A stretch of 64,000 nt of DNA from NCBI GenBank assembly GCA_030141605.1, contig JAQGDQ010000721.1:1-64000 (forward strand), given 5' to 3'. This DNA is from Tubiluchus corallicola. Lineage: Eukaryota > Animalia > Priapulida. The translations under genes and the position numbers were made by a program. Below the pieces are notes generated by a model. It was not told the origin of the DNA. It did not search any database and worked only from the letters and a program-made list of their open reading frames with translations. Of this stretch, positions 26,528 through 38,992 are shown in pieces; positions within the stretch are counted from its first letter, which is position 1; the number at the start of each line of letters is the position of its first letter.

Positions 26528-26643
26528 TTCCTGAAAATCAGCAAAACAAAGAACATTGGATTGGCAATGAAATATTTTTACAAACTGGAGAAAAACTTGT
26601 TGGCACTACGGCTTGCATAGTAGTGTATAATTATTGCATATAA

Positions 26644-26716
26644 GCGAGTTGTGTGGCTCAATGGTAGTGTGCTAGCTTTCTGCCAGTAAGGTTGCGGGTT
26701 CAATTCCTGGACTCGT
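26644..26716 (+). mobile_element. tRNA-derived SINE head or tRNA pseudogene
   Basis: A box TGGCTCAATGG, B box GGTTCAATTCC, acceptor-like pairing gcgagt/actcgt; poor anticodon arm. Confidence 0.6.
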
Positions 26717-27449
26717 CATAGCAAAAACAAAAGAATGGTACTACAGGTTCTTCGACCAAGTACACAGGTTTATCTAAGTAACATGCAGGAAAAATAATCA
26801 TTACCATCTTGGAAGTAAGTATTCAGTTATTTAAGTTGTTATCGGGTCGTTAAAACAGTTGCATCATACAAAAAACAGATAAGAACAGTAAAAAGTTATT
26901 ATTTTATCAAGCATCACTCAGTAAATCTTTGCTGTTGTTAGCTTGTTACCCATACAAAAGTTGCACCAATCAAAACTTGTTGTGTGCACGCCAATTTCGT
27001 GAGGCGATAACATCACACAGTTTGCTGCATACATTTTTTGCAGCGCGAGACTAGTACAAGGCGTTGTAACTAAATTTACGAGGATTTCTTTAGAAGCTGT
27101 AGACCGTAGACCGTAATGATCACGTGCAAACTCGCTTGTCGTATTTGTGTGCATTTGTGATAACATCACTGCTTTTAAAAATGCTTTGTCGCTGAGCAAT
27201 TTTGTTCTTTACAAATGGGCTTTTTAACAATTTGTCTCATGACGCTTACTACCGTCTCAGCAAAACTGACAAATTAAAATAATTATTTTGAAAAAAAACT
27301 CATTTATTACTGCACTGTGATATCCCATTTACTGTGGTAAATTCAGTAGCTAATGAGAACTTTTGAACCAAAAGATCAGCTTTAATAACTCTATACAAAA
27401 ACCAAAACAACTTTACTTCTGCCTTCGACACGGACCAGCACGGACTTAC

Positions 27450-27510
27450 CCTGTCAGGGCTATCACATTTTGCAATTTAAACACGGATCTAGGCTTCCTG
27501 TTTTAGTTAT
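27450..27510 (-). other. Candidate non-coding 5' exon of the cyclase gene
   Basis: Strong minus-strand donor acagg|gtaagt at 27449 could pair with the acceptor at 26531; the exon start is a guess. Confidence 0.35.
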
Positions 27511-30500
27511 CAAGGAACCGCCCATTAAAACAATTTCAGAAAACAACTTGCGCTTTTAATTTGTGATTTTATTGAAAATGTCTTGAACTGTTTCTGAAGT
27601 GGACTCGGTGTATGTGTGTATGGTGTAGTGTATTCCTGTAGCGTAAACTGAATGCAAGCTTTCTGGGAACTTACTCAGTAGCTTCTCAAAGCTACACATT
27701 GAGCTTAAAAATAAGATACAAATTTGGACTTTTTTACGAACACTTACTTACGACTTGTGACCAGTAAGTTACAAATACAAGTGACCAGTAAGATGTAAAG
27801 AAGAAAATGGAATTTCTTTCTTCCTGTACATTGGATTGTGCAGTAGTTACCTAATTTTGATATAGTGTGACTTGCCACGTCTGTTTTATGCTCTGCTGAT
27901 AGACTGATATATGCCATAGGTGAACATTTTAATTTTTAATCCACATTGTTCACCAAACTTTAAAAATCGTTTTTTGGTTACAAAAATGTAGCAATTAAAT
28001 AGTAAAAACTAAAAACATCTCAAACCGTTTTTTCGAGCAATTGTTTGCAGCAGTAGATATTAGGAAACTGATGACTGATGATATAAGTATTACAAATCAC
28101 GCAGCTAATCCACGTATCGTGTCCAGTTACCAGCAGTAATGTTGATAGTTTTACGTTGAGTTCATCTACCGGGTTATTCAATGGTGCACATCATATTCAA
28201 GGACAGGCTGGCATGCACAAACCCACACAGGCTACTTAACTGCTTTGGTATAGGCTAATTCCATTTCATTCTATTTATTAAATTTCGTTTATTTATTAAA
28301 TATATTCACAGCAATCATTACAGCATAGGACTTCCAAGGAATTTAATAAGATATTTATTATTCACTCAAGATGCCAAGCTGCAAATGATCCATGAGATAC
28401 TCAAGAAGTAATTATAATTGCTGGGAACAATCAAAATAGTCTTGTTTATACCCCAGTCTGTTTATTATAGCTTTGAAATGTTCTTGTTAAAATCTTCTTA
28501 AATGCAGAAGGCCCGAATGCAATAAAAATAGCACAAAATTATCCAAGGAACTTTGCGCCTCGTAGGAACGTGCCGTAGACATTTTCAAGTTCCAACTTTT
28601 TCTATTCTAAGTTTAGTTGTGCACTGCAAGCAGGAGTCTTACAGAAAGTGGACCAACTTACTTATTCATTAGTTTTTCCCTTGCTCTACTTGCTTTTCGC
28701 CATTAATTTGAAAACTCGTGACGAGCTGAAATCAAAACAAAAAATACGTATCTCTAATCAGCATCTTAGCAGTTGGAAAAAAGAGTACCATCGTGTGACC
28801 TTACGTGGTACACTAACACTGAAGTGAGGCCTTCAAAAGTTCGCCAAACAGTATATGAAGATGTTATGTGAAGGACATTCCATCTTTGGACAAAGTAACA
28901 TGCCATTAATAAAAATTATTTACAAGAAACAACTTGGCAATCATATTGGTGGTCAAAGAGGAGAAGGCTTGGCAGACTTGAAGTGATTTAAACGTGGCGA
29001 GTCTCTTATTCAGTTGAGGACAGAATTATTGCATAAATAGTTTACTATTTAAACAAAGTATTGTATAAGTTCATAGTTCAGGTGCCATCGTTGGTCCTTA
29101 TATTTGAACTGAGAATCATTTGACACTATACAAGCTAGCAGGTATCCTAGCAGCCTGAGGTTTGATTTTTCATAACTTAAATTTTGTCTCTTTCTTTGTT
29201 AATTCTACGTTTTGCCTACGTTTTATTTTTTATATTTTTCACCTTCCTGTAGAAAGGCAGGGTAAAATTAGAAACAGCAAAATTTGATACAAGTTCTGTA
29301 AGACTGGTCTTTGGTCTTTCAAAATCAAAAGCCGCTTTAAAAATAATGGCGTCTACGGAAAGTAATTCAACTTCAAACGATTGCTACTTTTTGTCTATTT
29401 TTGCGAATGAAGAGCCCTAGTAATGGGTAGGTGTTACAAAAAGAGTGTTTTAAAGTGTTTTTATTTTTTACAACTAATTACTGTCCAGTTTCTACATTTT
29501 ATGTCGTAGTTTAGACGTCATAGATGTGTTTTACCAGAATGCAAATTTGGGAGAAAATTTGTTTGTTTACGAAAATCAGCTGTAGCTCTACTACTAACGA
29601 AATGACCCGACACGTAACAATTTTTAAAATTAAAAATGCAATTCTGATCAAAATTGTTGATTATAATCCTGCTCAGAGCAATTTTCCTAGAATTATTTTG
29701 GCCACATGTGACTGGGTTGTAATAACTAACTTTGAAGATCTTTTCGTGACATAAAAAGAGAAACTTTGATTTGAATCATTGACAATTATAATCCAATTCA
29801 GTTAATCAATGTTGTTGTTTTTTCATAAGAATATCACAAAGGCGCATAAATGTGAACACAATGAACAGCCCTGAGCAGCTTTTCACTTCATAAAATTTTT
29901 TACAGCATACAAATCTTTTCTAGTTATTATTAAATTGCCCGCATGATATAGTAAAATTTTAATTGGAATTATGTTCAATTTCAGTCGAAATTATATTCAA
30001 TTCAATCTGCTTAATAATCACATATGATGCAATGATACCATACACACATTTTACGATACGAACCAATAAATGGCATGTGCGTGCAAGTTTAAAATTAGTC
30101 CTACATCTTTCAAATAATTCAAATTTTTGTCAAATTCTATGACATAGGACACAAGTTCAGTTGACATGCTCTAAGCTTAGCACACAAAGCAGGTCCTTTA
30201 TTTCGACCATAACTGTAACAAAGATTAAGCAGGTTTATTATTCTACTCTAACAATTCATTGAAGATTATTTAGGTTTCTTTAAGTTCTTAAAAGGTAGAA
30301 AAGATTTGGTAGTAAGATGGTCAACTTGTGCGAATAAATTGCCTTAAAAAGTGAAGGAACTTTGTGTCTATTAAAAATGTTCAAACAAACATTATTAGCG
30401 CCATATTTCTAGTGCTCAAGGATTTGAGGCGGAGTTAAAAAGCTGTCATGGTGAACAACTCCAACACGTCAGTTTATAGGCGTAACTTTCAGATGCGTTT

Positions 30501-30859
30501 TTTTTTCACTTGAGGCAAGTTAATGTTGAGAGGAGGCTAGAGAGCAGCTTAATCTCTTCCCACGGATTCTTAAGCACTTTAATAAAATCCCTGAAAAGGA
30601 TGCGGTCTATCAGCTTTATTTGCTTTAACATTTTGGTGAAATGAAGATTGTCAGTCTTGAGATAATCTCTTAAACCTCTTACAAAATTCACACAAACTAC
30701 CTTGCTGGGCGGCTGTAAAACAATGAGATTTATTTTTCAGACTTGAATTATCAGGAGATTATTATAACATTATATTAAAATAATACTATATATCAACCTA
30801 AGCCGGTACCAACATTTATGTAGAAATACTGCCAACAGAAATAGCGGTTGTGCAGCATC

Positions 30860-31905
30860 CAGGGGCGTCGTGCACGCAAAAAAAATTGGGGGGGGCCCGA
30901 CTATAATGGCGGATTTTAACTGTTTAAATTTGAATTTTAAATTTTGAAAATTTAATTTTTGAAAAAAAATAAACAGTATTTTGCGTGCAAGAAAACCGAT
31001 TTATTTAACATGGCATTTAACTTAAAGCTATAGCAACGGAAACTTAATTAAAATTAAAAATTAAATTAAAATTTAATTAAGTATTTATCAGCTGTCAGGA
31101 ATCCGACGCAGAACCAACGACGCAGAGCATTAATATCCTTTACGTATTCCAACCAGGACCTATCGTTGAACCACTGACCCTGAAATGATCTCGATTTTCT
31201 TCAATTTTGGTCTTTGGGTATGCATCCACTACATCCCGCAATGGCCCGCGACGGATGTACTCATCCTTTTGGATTCGTTCTGTTTGAATCGACTTTACAG
31301 TAGATACAGACGCCGTAGAACCTGTGTCGGGAACACTGTTGGACTTGAAAAATGAAGTCAGATTGGACTGCCTTGACATCATTTAAGAAATATAGCTAAA
31401 ATCGCAGCGAGAACTAGCAAAGATTTTCCTAGCAGCAGAAAAATGATGAAGTGTGCTCAAAATCACGCCATTTTATGCAGCAAACTCGTGGGAAAGAGTC
31501 ACTAAGGAGTAGCAAAGAGTCGGTAATCTCCAATCAGGAGGTGGCTGAGCGGTGGCTCATCAATTGGTATCTCCCAAACCCACTCTCTGGTACTAGGCTA
31601 GCTCAACATGACTTCAATGTTTGCATTGTTTTTGCTCTATTATTTCACTTATTCTCTATTATAACACACTGCTGAACGAAGCTCGAGTGCTAACTGAGCC
31701 GTTTTGTTAACTAACAGTCTTTTGTGCAAAGACGCTAATGCTGCTATACGATCTGCTTTGTTAACTGTTCCTGCCTGCCTCCTGAATAGATTACAGGCAA
31801 ACAAATTAACTACATCCTGACTTTCAGGTAAACACATACTCATGCTCATACTGTTCGCATTTATGGAGCGCTGGCCCCCCGGGCCCCTATGGCATGATGC
31901 CACTG
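30860..31905 (-). mobile_element. Non-autonomous hAT DNA transposon (deletion derivative retaining a TTF-type zinc-finger N-terminus)
   Basis: 14-bp imperfect TIRs caggggcgtcgtgc / gcatgatgccactg; exact 8-bp TSD gcagcatc at 30852-30859 and 31906-31913; ORF 31140-31382 has LTSFF..IRRGP..YPKT and, in a shifted frame, RSFQGQWFNDRSWLEY. Confidence 0.88.
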
Positions 31906-31936
31906 GCAGCATCCTTAGTCTTATATTTTTGTGCAA

Positions 31937-32590
31937 GTAAATAAGTGCGGTTGTTGTGACTGTCAGCAAATAAGTGCGGTTGTTGTGACTGTCAGCAAAT
32001 AAGTGTGGTTGTTGTGACTGTCAGCAAATAAGTGCGGTTGTTGTGACTGTCAGCAAATAAGTGCGGTTGTTGTGACTGTCAGCAAATAAGTGTGGTTGTT
32101 GTGACTGTCAGCAAATAAGTGCGGTTGTTGTGACTGTCAGCAAATAAGTGTGGTTGTTGTGACTGTCAGCAAATAAGTGCAGTTGTTGTGACTGTCAGCA
32201 AATAAGTGCGGTTGTTGTGACTGTCAGCAAATGAGTGTTGTTGTTATGATTGTCAGCAAATAAGTGCAGTTGTTGTGATTGTCAGCAAATAAGTGCGGTT
32301 GTTGTGACTTTTCGTAAATAAGTGTGGTTGTTGCGACTGTCAGCAAATAAGTGCGGTTGTTGTGACTGTCAGCAAATAAGTGCGGTTGTTGTGATTTCAG
32401 CAAATAAGTGCGGTTGTTGTGACTGTCAGCAAATAAGTGAGGTTGTTGTGACTGTTAGCAAATAAGTGTGGTTGTTGTGACTGTCAGCAAATAAGTGCGG
32501 TTGTTGTGATTTCAGCAAATAAGTGCGGTTGTTGTGACTGTCAGTAAATAAGTGAGGTTGTTGTGATTTCAGCAAATAAGTGCAGTTGTC
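31937..32590. repeat. 29-bp minisatellite (aaataagtgcggttgttgtgactgtcagc), ~22 copies
   Basis: Head-to-tail units without spacers. Confidence 0.97.
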
Positions 32591-32599
32591 AGAAGAGAA

Positions 32600-35400
32600 G
32601 TGCGATTGTTAGAAAATCAGACAATGAAGACTTTAGCACTTCATTGCTGAATAGTATGGTGCATGGTATGTCCAGTCCAGTCTATCATATCTGAACGTTT
32701 TTCAGCCTCAAAGTTAATCAAAGAACATTCAGATCGACAAATGCTGCTCTGGTGTATGTAATACCGCGTTTTCACAATACGCCGCCTAGCTAATTGCTGT
32801 ATATCACCTTCTTCATCAAACATCATAGATAAAAGAATGTTTTCACTGTGTGCAAAATAACCATTTCTTTTACAGGTGTCATCCACAATCCGATGTAATC
32901 CAGCACCTAAGTATCTTGTCTTTTTGATAAACTGGTAAATATGACTTGAACCTAAGGCACAACTTTGTTGAGTTTTTACTATAAAGCACATTGGGGCATA
33001 CATCTTCTACACATAATGTTACAAGTTTAATCAGGTTATCAGAAAGTGTGCTACTTACAACATATTCTGTTTGCTGTTGTCAGCCATCTAGAAAGGCCCA
33101 ATTTTCCAGGATTCCTGTTAGCTAAAATTTCAAAGTTTCAATGCAAATGCCGGGCACCATGCGCCATGTAGATATCATACAAACAATTATGATTGGTACA
33201 TAAATCTTTCAGTATGTGATCTTTGTAATGTGGGGCGGAACTCACAATCAAGTATGAGCAATCAGCGCTCTTATTGTTTGGTAGCGTGTGTCATACTACT
33301 CAGTTTTTACTCAACATATTCCTTGAACACAAAACGTGAAACTAATTTTATGCAGTTTTTATGATAAGATAACCCTTTAATATTCATAAATGTTGATAAT
33401 ATAAAATTAGTTCAAACCAAGTGACAGCTGTTAATTTGTACCCGGGTACCTGTTCAATAAACATGTGTTGTTACACAACTTAAAATTTACAGGCTGGAAA
33501 TACTTTCAGATGCTACAAACAATACCCAAAAATTACCTTTGGCTAACGAAAAAAATAATAATCTAATAGTTCACTAATGTTTTGTTAAAAGTATCCATAA
33601 AGTAAAGCTCCATCCACACGAGGTTGTAATGTAGGCTATCAGTACTTTCAACAGAGTCTTTGTTTTACCAGCCACTGCCAGTCGAAGTAAGTATCGTTGT
33701 ACAAAAGGAAGCAACAGGCAGTCGCCTAGTAGTTAAATAAAAGAAAGGAGAATTTATCACTTACAGTCTCTACATCAATGAAAGTGTACCTCAGCAATAC
33801 TTATCGGCGGTAGCACGACGACGAAGGTGGCGGATCCACAACATCGGTGTGCACACCCGGGTGTTTAGTGCGTAGCTGAACTGCGAAGTCATAAGCAGAT
33901 GCGAGTCATTCCCGGAAGCGTCCGTTGGTAGACCGGTAGTTTGGTTTTTCACAATGTAACTCGATGTAAACAAATGGTGAACTGGGCTTAATACTAGAAC
34001 TGCCCAAATAGTCACTAACACGTAGTTGGAACTTTCACTAAATATTAGCGTTAGGTAGAGCCAGCTAAAGTTGCACGATTCATATGCAAAGAGGCTAAAC
34101 ATATGTTAAAGAAAACTGTCCAGCATTACATCTGCCCGCAAGTCTCTCTTGCAAAGAGCCACGTCATTCTCTACACATCTGTGTGAAAAGATCTCCAAAT
34201 TGTCTAATAGTCTGGCTTCAATAACACTATAGCAGGATAACCTGTATTTGCATATCAGTTCGACGAGTTTACCCTAGATTTGACCTATGCGCATAACTAA
34301 AGTGTAACCCCTGGTTTATAAACAACAATTTTATACAGCCTAAACTAAATTACGTATACACCCGTAAAGTTTACGTTGCCAAAAAACACATCTCATTCCA
34401 CAAAGTTAAATGGTGATAGTAATAACTAAATGTAGTTACATATACAAAGATATATGCTAAGCTGGTCGTTACAATCTTCAATTGCAAGGAAATCTCCTGG
34501 TATTGGTTGAAAATTTACTGCCTTCAACATATGGCAGTTTTCCAAAGCTTTTCTTATTGCACCAGTGAATGAGCTAGGACCAATGAAAATATCGTCCCAA
34601 TTTCTTTTCCACAGATACAACTACGCCCCCAGTGTGCCACCGCAGCCAACTGCACTAAGATCGACTATTTCTGCAGCCTTGAAATACTGTAAAATTGCTT
34701 CACAGACATTAAGGGCAGACCCACTGACAGGAGTTACATGTGCAGCGTACGCATCAAGTTGTCTGTTGTCTGTTGTTGAGACAGAAGAGAGTTATGCTCC
34801 TCGGTAATTTGTTCAGTGTAAAGTATTTCACCTTTTTTAGCTTGATTTTGTTTTGTCCTTTCGTTCATCAAAAACAGTGTGATTAATTAATCGCTGGTAG
34901 CTTGATGTTGCAGACTTGTTCTCAGTTTGGATCTTTCTCTACAGACTTTGTGTCTATCCATAACATGACGTGCATGATATTTTTGGATAATTTCAACATC
35001 TCTTAATGGAACAGATGCTGCAGAAGAACAGCTCTACAGGGAAACGTCAAATCTGTGTGCTTGTAGTGCAGCTGATGACATTTCTTCTCTCATTTGTTTT
35101 GTGCCGGCATCATTTCCGTTTTCAAAGTTGTCATCCCTTTCTGAATCTCTTTTGAATTGTGGAATATTCTCTTGTTCAGCTGAACATTTCAAACACAGGC
35201 GGAGACACAAGGAGCCGCTACCGTACAGAATAAATACAGACATGCTTGAAAAAAGAAACAGAAAAACGAGTGGACATTTTGTAAATAGTTGCACTTCCTC
35301 CAGAGCATGTGTCGCTGTTGTAGTCACGTGACTACAAGAAAAAAGAATATTTAATAATTTCAATGAAAGATATGTGCGTGATATTAAACCACAAGAAAAC
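32600..35400 (-). mobile_element. Decayed DNA transposase (superfamily not assigned), interrupted by a ~1.2-kb insert at ~33235-34455
   Basis: Collinear remnants FD.RKDKT-like, AHVTPVSGSA, GPSSFTGAI.KALENC, PGKLGLSRWLTTANRI, YAPM.F, RNGYFAHSENILLSMM and MIDW, as seen in a widespread invertebrate transposase-like family. Confidence 0.8.
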
Positions 35401-35679
35401 CCTCAACTTGTATAAAGCTTTAAAAATTCGCCTTGAAATTTTATATACTGCCTTTTTACTTTTTACTGCCACTTACATACAGCCTTTTTGCATATTAGAC
35501 TTGAGTCGGCAGTAACGCTGTATGAAACATGTAAATTTAAACTCCGGTGATGACAGTTACACGCAGTTACTTTGACGATAAGTTATTTGAAACAAGTTTA
35601 GATAACACAATGTAAAGTTTGAAGAAAAATAATCAGAGCATTCGTAGTGCACACGTCACAAAGTAAAACTTGAAATTAC

Positions 35680-36072
35680 TGTATCTTGTCAATAAGATTA
35701 AATACGTTTTTGGCTAATGAGTGGCGCACCTGGAAGTGAGTCAGCGACATTTTACCAATTGGTGAAATTATTTTAAACAATAACAAATAATTGTCTTTTC
35801 TAGTTACATAATTCTTTCAAGCAAGTAAAAGAAATACTAAGTAACATAATTTTTCATAGAATGTTTTTTGGGACATAGTTTCACATTTTACGAGTTTGCG
35901 TAAGTGACGTCATGTAATGACGTGATTGGAACAGTGTCACGGGAAGTTAGAAATAAAAGCAAATTAAAACTCCTTTCAACGTGAGTACAATATACGCATA
36001 AAATTGCAGTAAAGTAATACAATTTCTTAAGACGATTTTTCTGAAACCCACTTCAGGCACCCCGTTTCTTTA
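35680..36072. repeat. Interspersed repeat homologous to 57520-57830 (probable non-autonomous DNA element end)
   Basis: Shared tatcttgtcaataagattaaa, cattttaccaattgg, cctttcaac, cgcataaaattgc and acttcagg; this copy ends in ctttaa. Confidence 0.65.
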
Positions 36073-36159
36073 AGGCTTTTATAAGAAAGATTAAACACTA
36101 TTACCTGAGGACCAGGATGCTGGTCTTCAAAGAAAAAAAGTCTACGCCCCTATTATAAA

Positions 36160-36590
36160 ATGCAAACTTTTATAATTAATTATCTAAATCAGCATAACAT
36201 ACAAACTTTTTTACAAAAGTTGATGCAAAACCAAAAATTAAAACCAAATTACAATTATTAAAATAATTATGGATACCTGTAACAAAATTTTATGAAAAAG
36301 AAATGCAGAACAAAAAATACACCTCAAAATGTACTAAAAAATAAAGAAAAACTAAAGAATATTTTATAGAATCAATATTATCTTGGTAATATGCAAGTAT
36401 TACTCTATAGGTATCACTCAAAGACTTTCTATACTGATTCTTAAGGCTGAACTTTTCTCAGCAGCCACCCATCCTTTTAGTTGTAAGTTTTTGTAATGCG
36501 TAACCTTTATTACTAGCTACTCCTCACATCACCTCTCACTTATTCCATTATCTCACTAAGTGACAGAAGATAAAAAGCAGCTCTATTTGA
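36160..36590 (+). repeat. ~430-bp direct repeat, copy 1
   Basis: Nearly identical to 38565-38992 (tttataattaattatctaaat ... cagctctatttga). Confidence 0.92.
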
Positions 36591-37166
36591 ACTATAAATA
36601 CAAAGTATGTGTTCTATATTTTTAAACTGTGGCCGCTGGCATAAGACTCGCAATTGCTTGTTGTACATAATAAATTGTTTTGTACTATTACTCATTGTTT
36701 CTGTAAAGTTGGTCAAAGCAAAAGAAAGTTATCTAAATCTTCTACTTTTGGAACTATACAAACAGCAGTCCCCTAGTCAAACACAGTACCTTCTTTCAAA
36801 TTGTAGTCTGTAGATGGAAGTAGCAGAACTTTACATATCTTAGGCACACGTGGACGAGCATTCATCTTTCGTTAACAGACTTTTCCGTGTGTGTTGCTTT
36901 TCCTGTTGGTGGTCACCTCCTTTGATAATGTGGTAAACCTAGGCGATAGTCCTACAGAAACTAGTGAATAAGTTAAAAAGTTATGAATACATTGTTATAA
37001 TTGAGTAAAAATTAGTATTGAAAAAATAATGATCATCAAGGCACATGCCCTTTCGTCGTTTTACTTCATATTTGACATGCATTGAGACGCAATTTACCAA
37101 GTTATACATTTTATCTGGAATGAAATGCATTTTTTAAAATAAACTAATTCATTTCTTATCAAAAGG

Positions 37167-37677
37167 TTAGCTGTTAGGGAGGACTGAAGATGGGAGAGCT
37201 ACTAGGAAGGACTGAAGATGGGAGAGCTATTAGGAAGGATTGAAGATGGGAGAGCTATTAGGAAGGACTGAAGGTTTGAGAGCTATTAGGAAGGACTGAA
37301 AATGGGAGAGCTACTAGGAAGGACTGAAGGTGAGAGAGTTATTAGGAAGGACTGAAGATGGGAGAGCTGTTAGGAAGGACTGAAGGTGGGAGAGCTATTA
37401 GGAAGGACTGAAAATGGGAGAGCAACTAGGAAGGACTGAAGGTGAGAGAGTTATTAGGAAGGACTGAAGGTGAGAGAGTTATTAGGAAGCACTGAAGGTG
37501 GAAGAGCTATTAGGAAGCACTGAAGATGGGAGAGCTACTAGGAAGCACTGAAGATGGGAGAGCTACTAGGAAGGACTGAAGGTGAAGGAGCTATTAGGAA
37601 GGACTGAAGATGGGAGAGCTACTAGGAAGGACTGAAGGTGAGAGAGCTATTAGGAAGGACTGAAGATTGGAAAGCTG
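37167..37677. repeat. 28-bp purine-rich minisatellite (taggaaggactgaagatgggagagctat), ~18 copies
   Basis: Period 28 (taggaagg at 37203 and 37231). Confidence 0.97.
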
Positions 37678-37825
37678 CCTTTGTAGGAATGTTAAATCTT
37701 TGTGAAATCTCTCAAGTTGATCGAAATGCCCTGGGATGAAGAATCTATGTTTACACAGTCAGGTATTTCTTCTTTCACGAACTCTGCACTTTATTATAAT
37801 CTTATTTGCAATGTTTGTAAAACAG

Positions 37826-38056
37826 AACACAACAAGAGCACCCATTGCTCTTTGTTCATCACAACCAACTGATGCTTGGTACCTGTTTGCTTGAGAGATT
37901 GTGCCACAACAAGAGCACCCATTGCATAGCCGTTGTTCATTACAACCAACTGATGCTTGGTACCTGTTTGCTTGAGAGAGTGTGCCACAACAAGAGCACC
38001 CATTGCATAGTCATCATTCGTCACAGCCATCTGACTCTTGGTACCTGTTTGCTTAC
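37826..38056 (-). pseudogene. Tandemly repeated glycogenin N-terminal coding fragment (~81-bp unit, ~3 copies)
   Basis: TNDDYAMGALVVAHSLKQTGTKHQLVVM matches the glycogenin/GT8 N-terminal motif TND.Y..GALVL..SL....T...LVV; unit marker cacaacaagagcacccattgc at 37828, 37905 and 37986. Confidence 0.8.
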
Positions 38057-38564
38057 ACATGCAGGTGCACAGAAAAATACTACCTCAAGTAATAATTATG
38101 TTGCAACTTCGGTAAGACCAAAAATGTGAGACTGTTTACTAATAAGGAGAGGAAACATCCAAAATCTTTCCGGTAAAATTTTGACAAAAAATATTTTGTT
38201 TTTTAAAAAAATCTACTAAATATAAACCCTCCTATTTACAATAATTTAAGTTTAAACATCTAAATAACGTTCAACTTAAAACAGCACAACTACTTATAAA
38301 CATAACAAAATTGTTTTAAGAAATCCTTGTGTTATGTGTACGTATATACTCGTTTGTATACATGTAAAAGAGGAGAACTGTGTGTTTGCAGAGCACAGCT
38401 TAGCAACACTCAGTTGGCTGCACTTGGGAGACTAAGGGTTGAGGAGTAGCAGCCATTTAGTTAGTACATTTACAATATCAGATGTAAGGAAATGAACCAA
38501 TTTTTCTTGCATTACAATAACTCATATGCAATACATGATACAAAGTTCAAGTGTCAAGAGATTT

Positions 38565-38992
38565 TGCAAAGTTTATAATTAATTATCTAAATAATTACAT
38601 ACAAACTTCTTTACAAAACTTCATGCAAAACCAAAAATTAAAATCAAATTTACAATTAATTAAATAATTATGGCCTACCTGTAATAAAATTTTATGAAAA
38701 AGAAAAGCAGAACAAAAAATGCCCTCAAAATGTACTAAAAAAATAAAGAAAAACTGAAAAATATTTTATAGAATCAATATTATCTTGGTAATATGCAAGT
38801 ATTACTCTATAGTTATCACTCAAAGACTTTCTATACTGATTCTTAAGGCTGAATTTTTCTCAGCAGCCACCCATCCTTTTAGTTGTAAGTTTTTGTAATG
38901 CGTAATCTTTATTACTAGCTACTCCTCACATCACCTCTCACTTATTCCATTATCTCACTAAGTGACAGAAGACAAAAAGCAGCTCTATTTGA
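38565..38992 (+). repeat. ~430-bp direct repeat, copy 2
   Basis: Nearly identical to 36160-36590. Confidence 0.92.

Noticed and set aside
26644-26716. Functional tRNA gene
   Set aside because: A and B boxes are present but I could not fold a canonical anticodon arm; treated as a SINE head or pseudogene.
28640-29000. Coding-looking segment
   Set aside because: The plus-strand frames I translated contain stops and no recognisable motif.
31937-32590. CRISPR-like array of 29-bp repeats
   Set aside because: Units are contiguous with no unique spacers, there are no cas genes, and the context is eukaryotic; the same applies to the arrays at 37167-37677 and 45040-45556.
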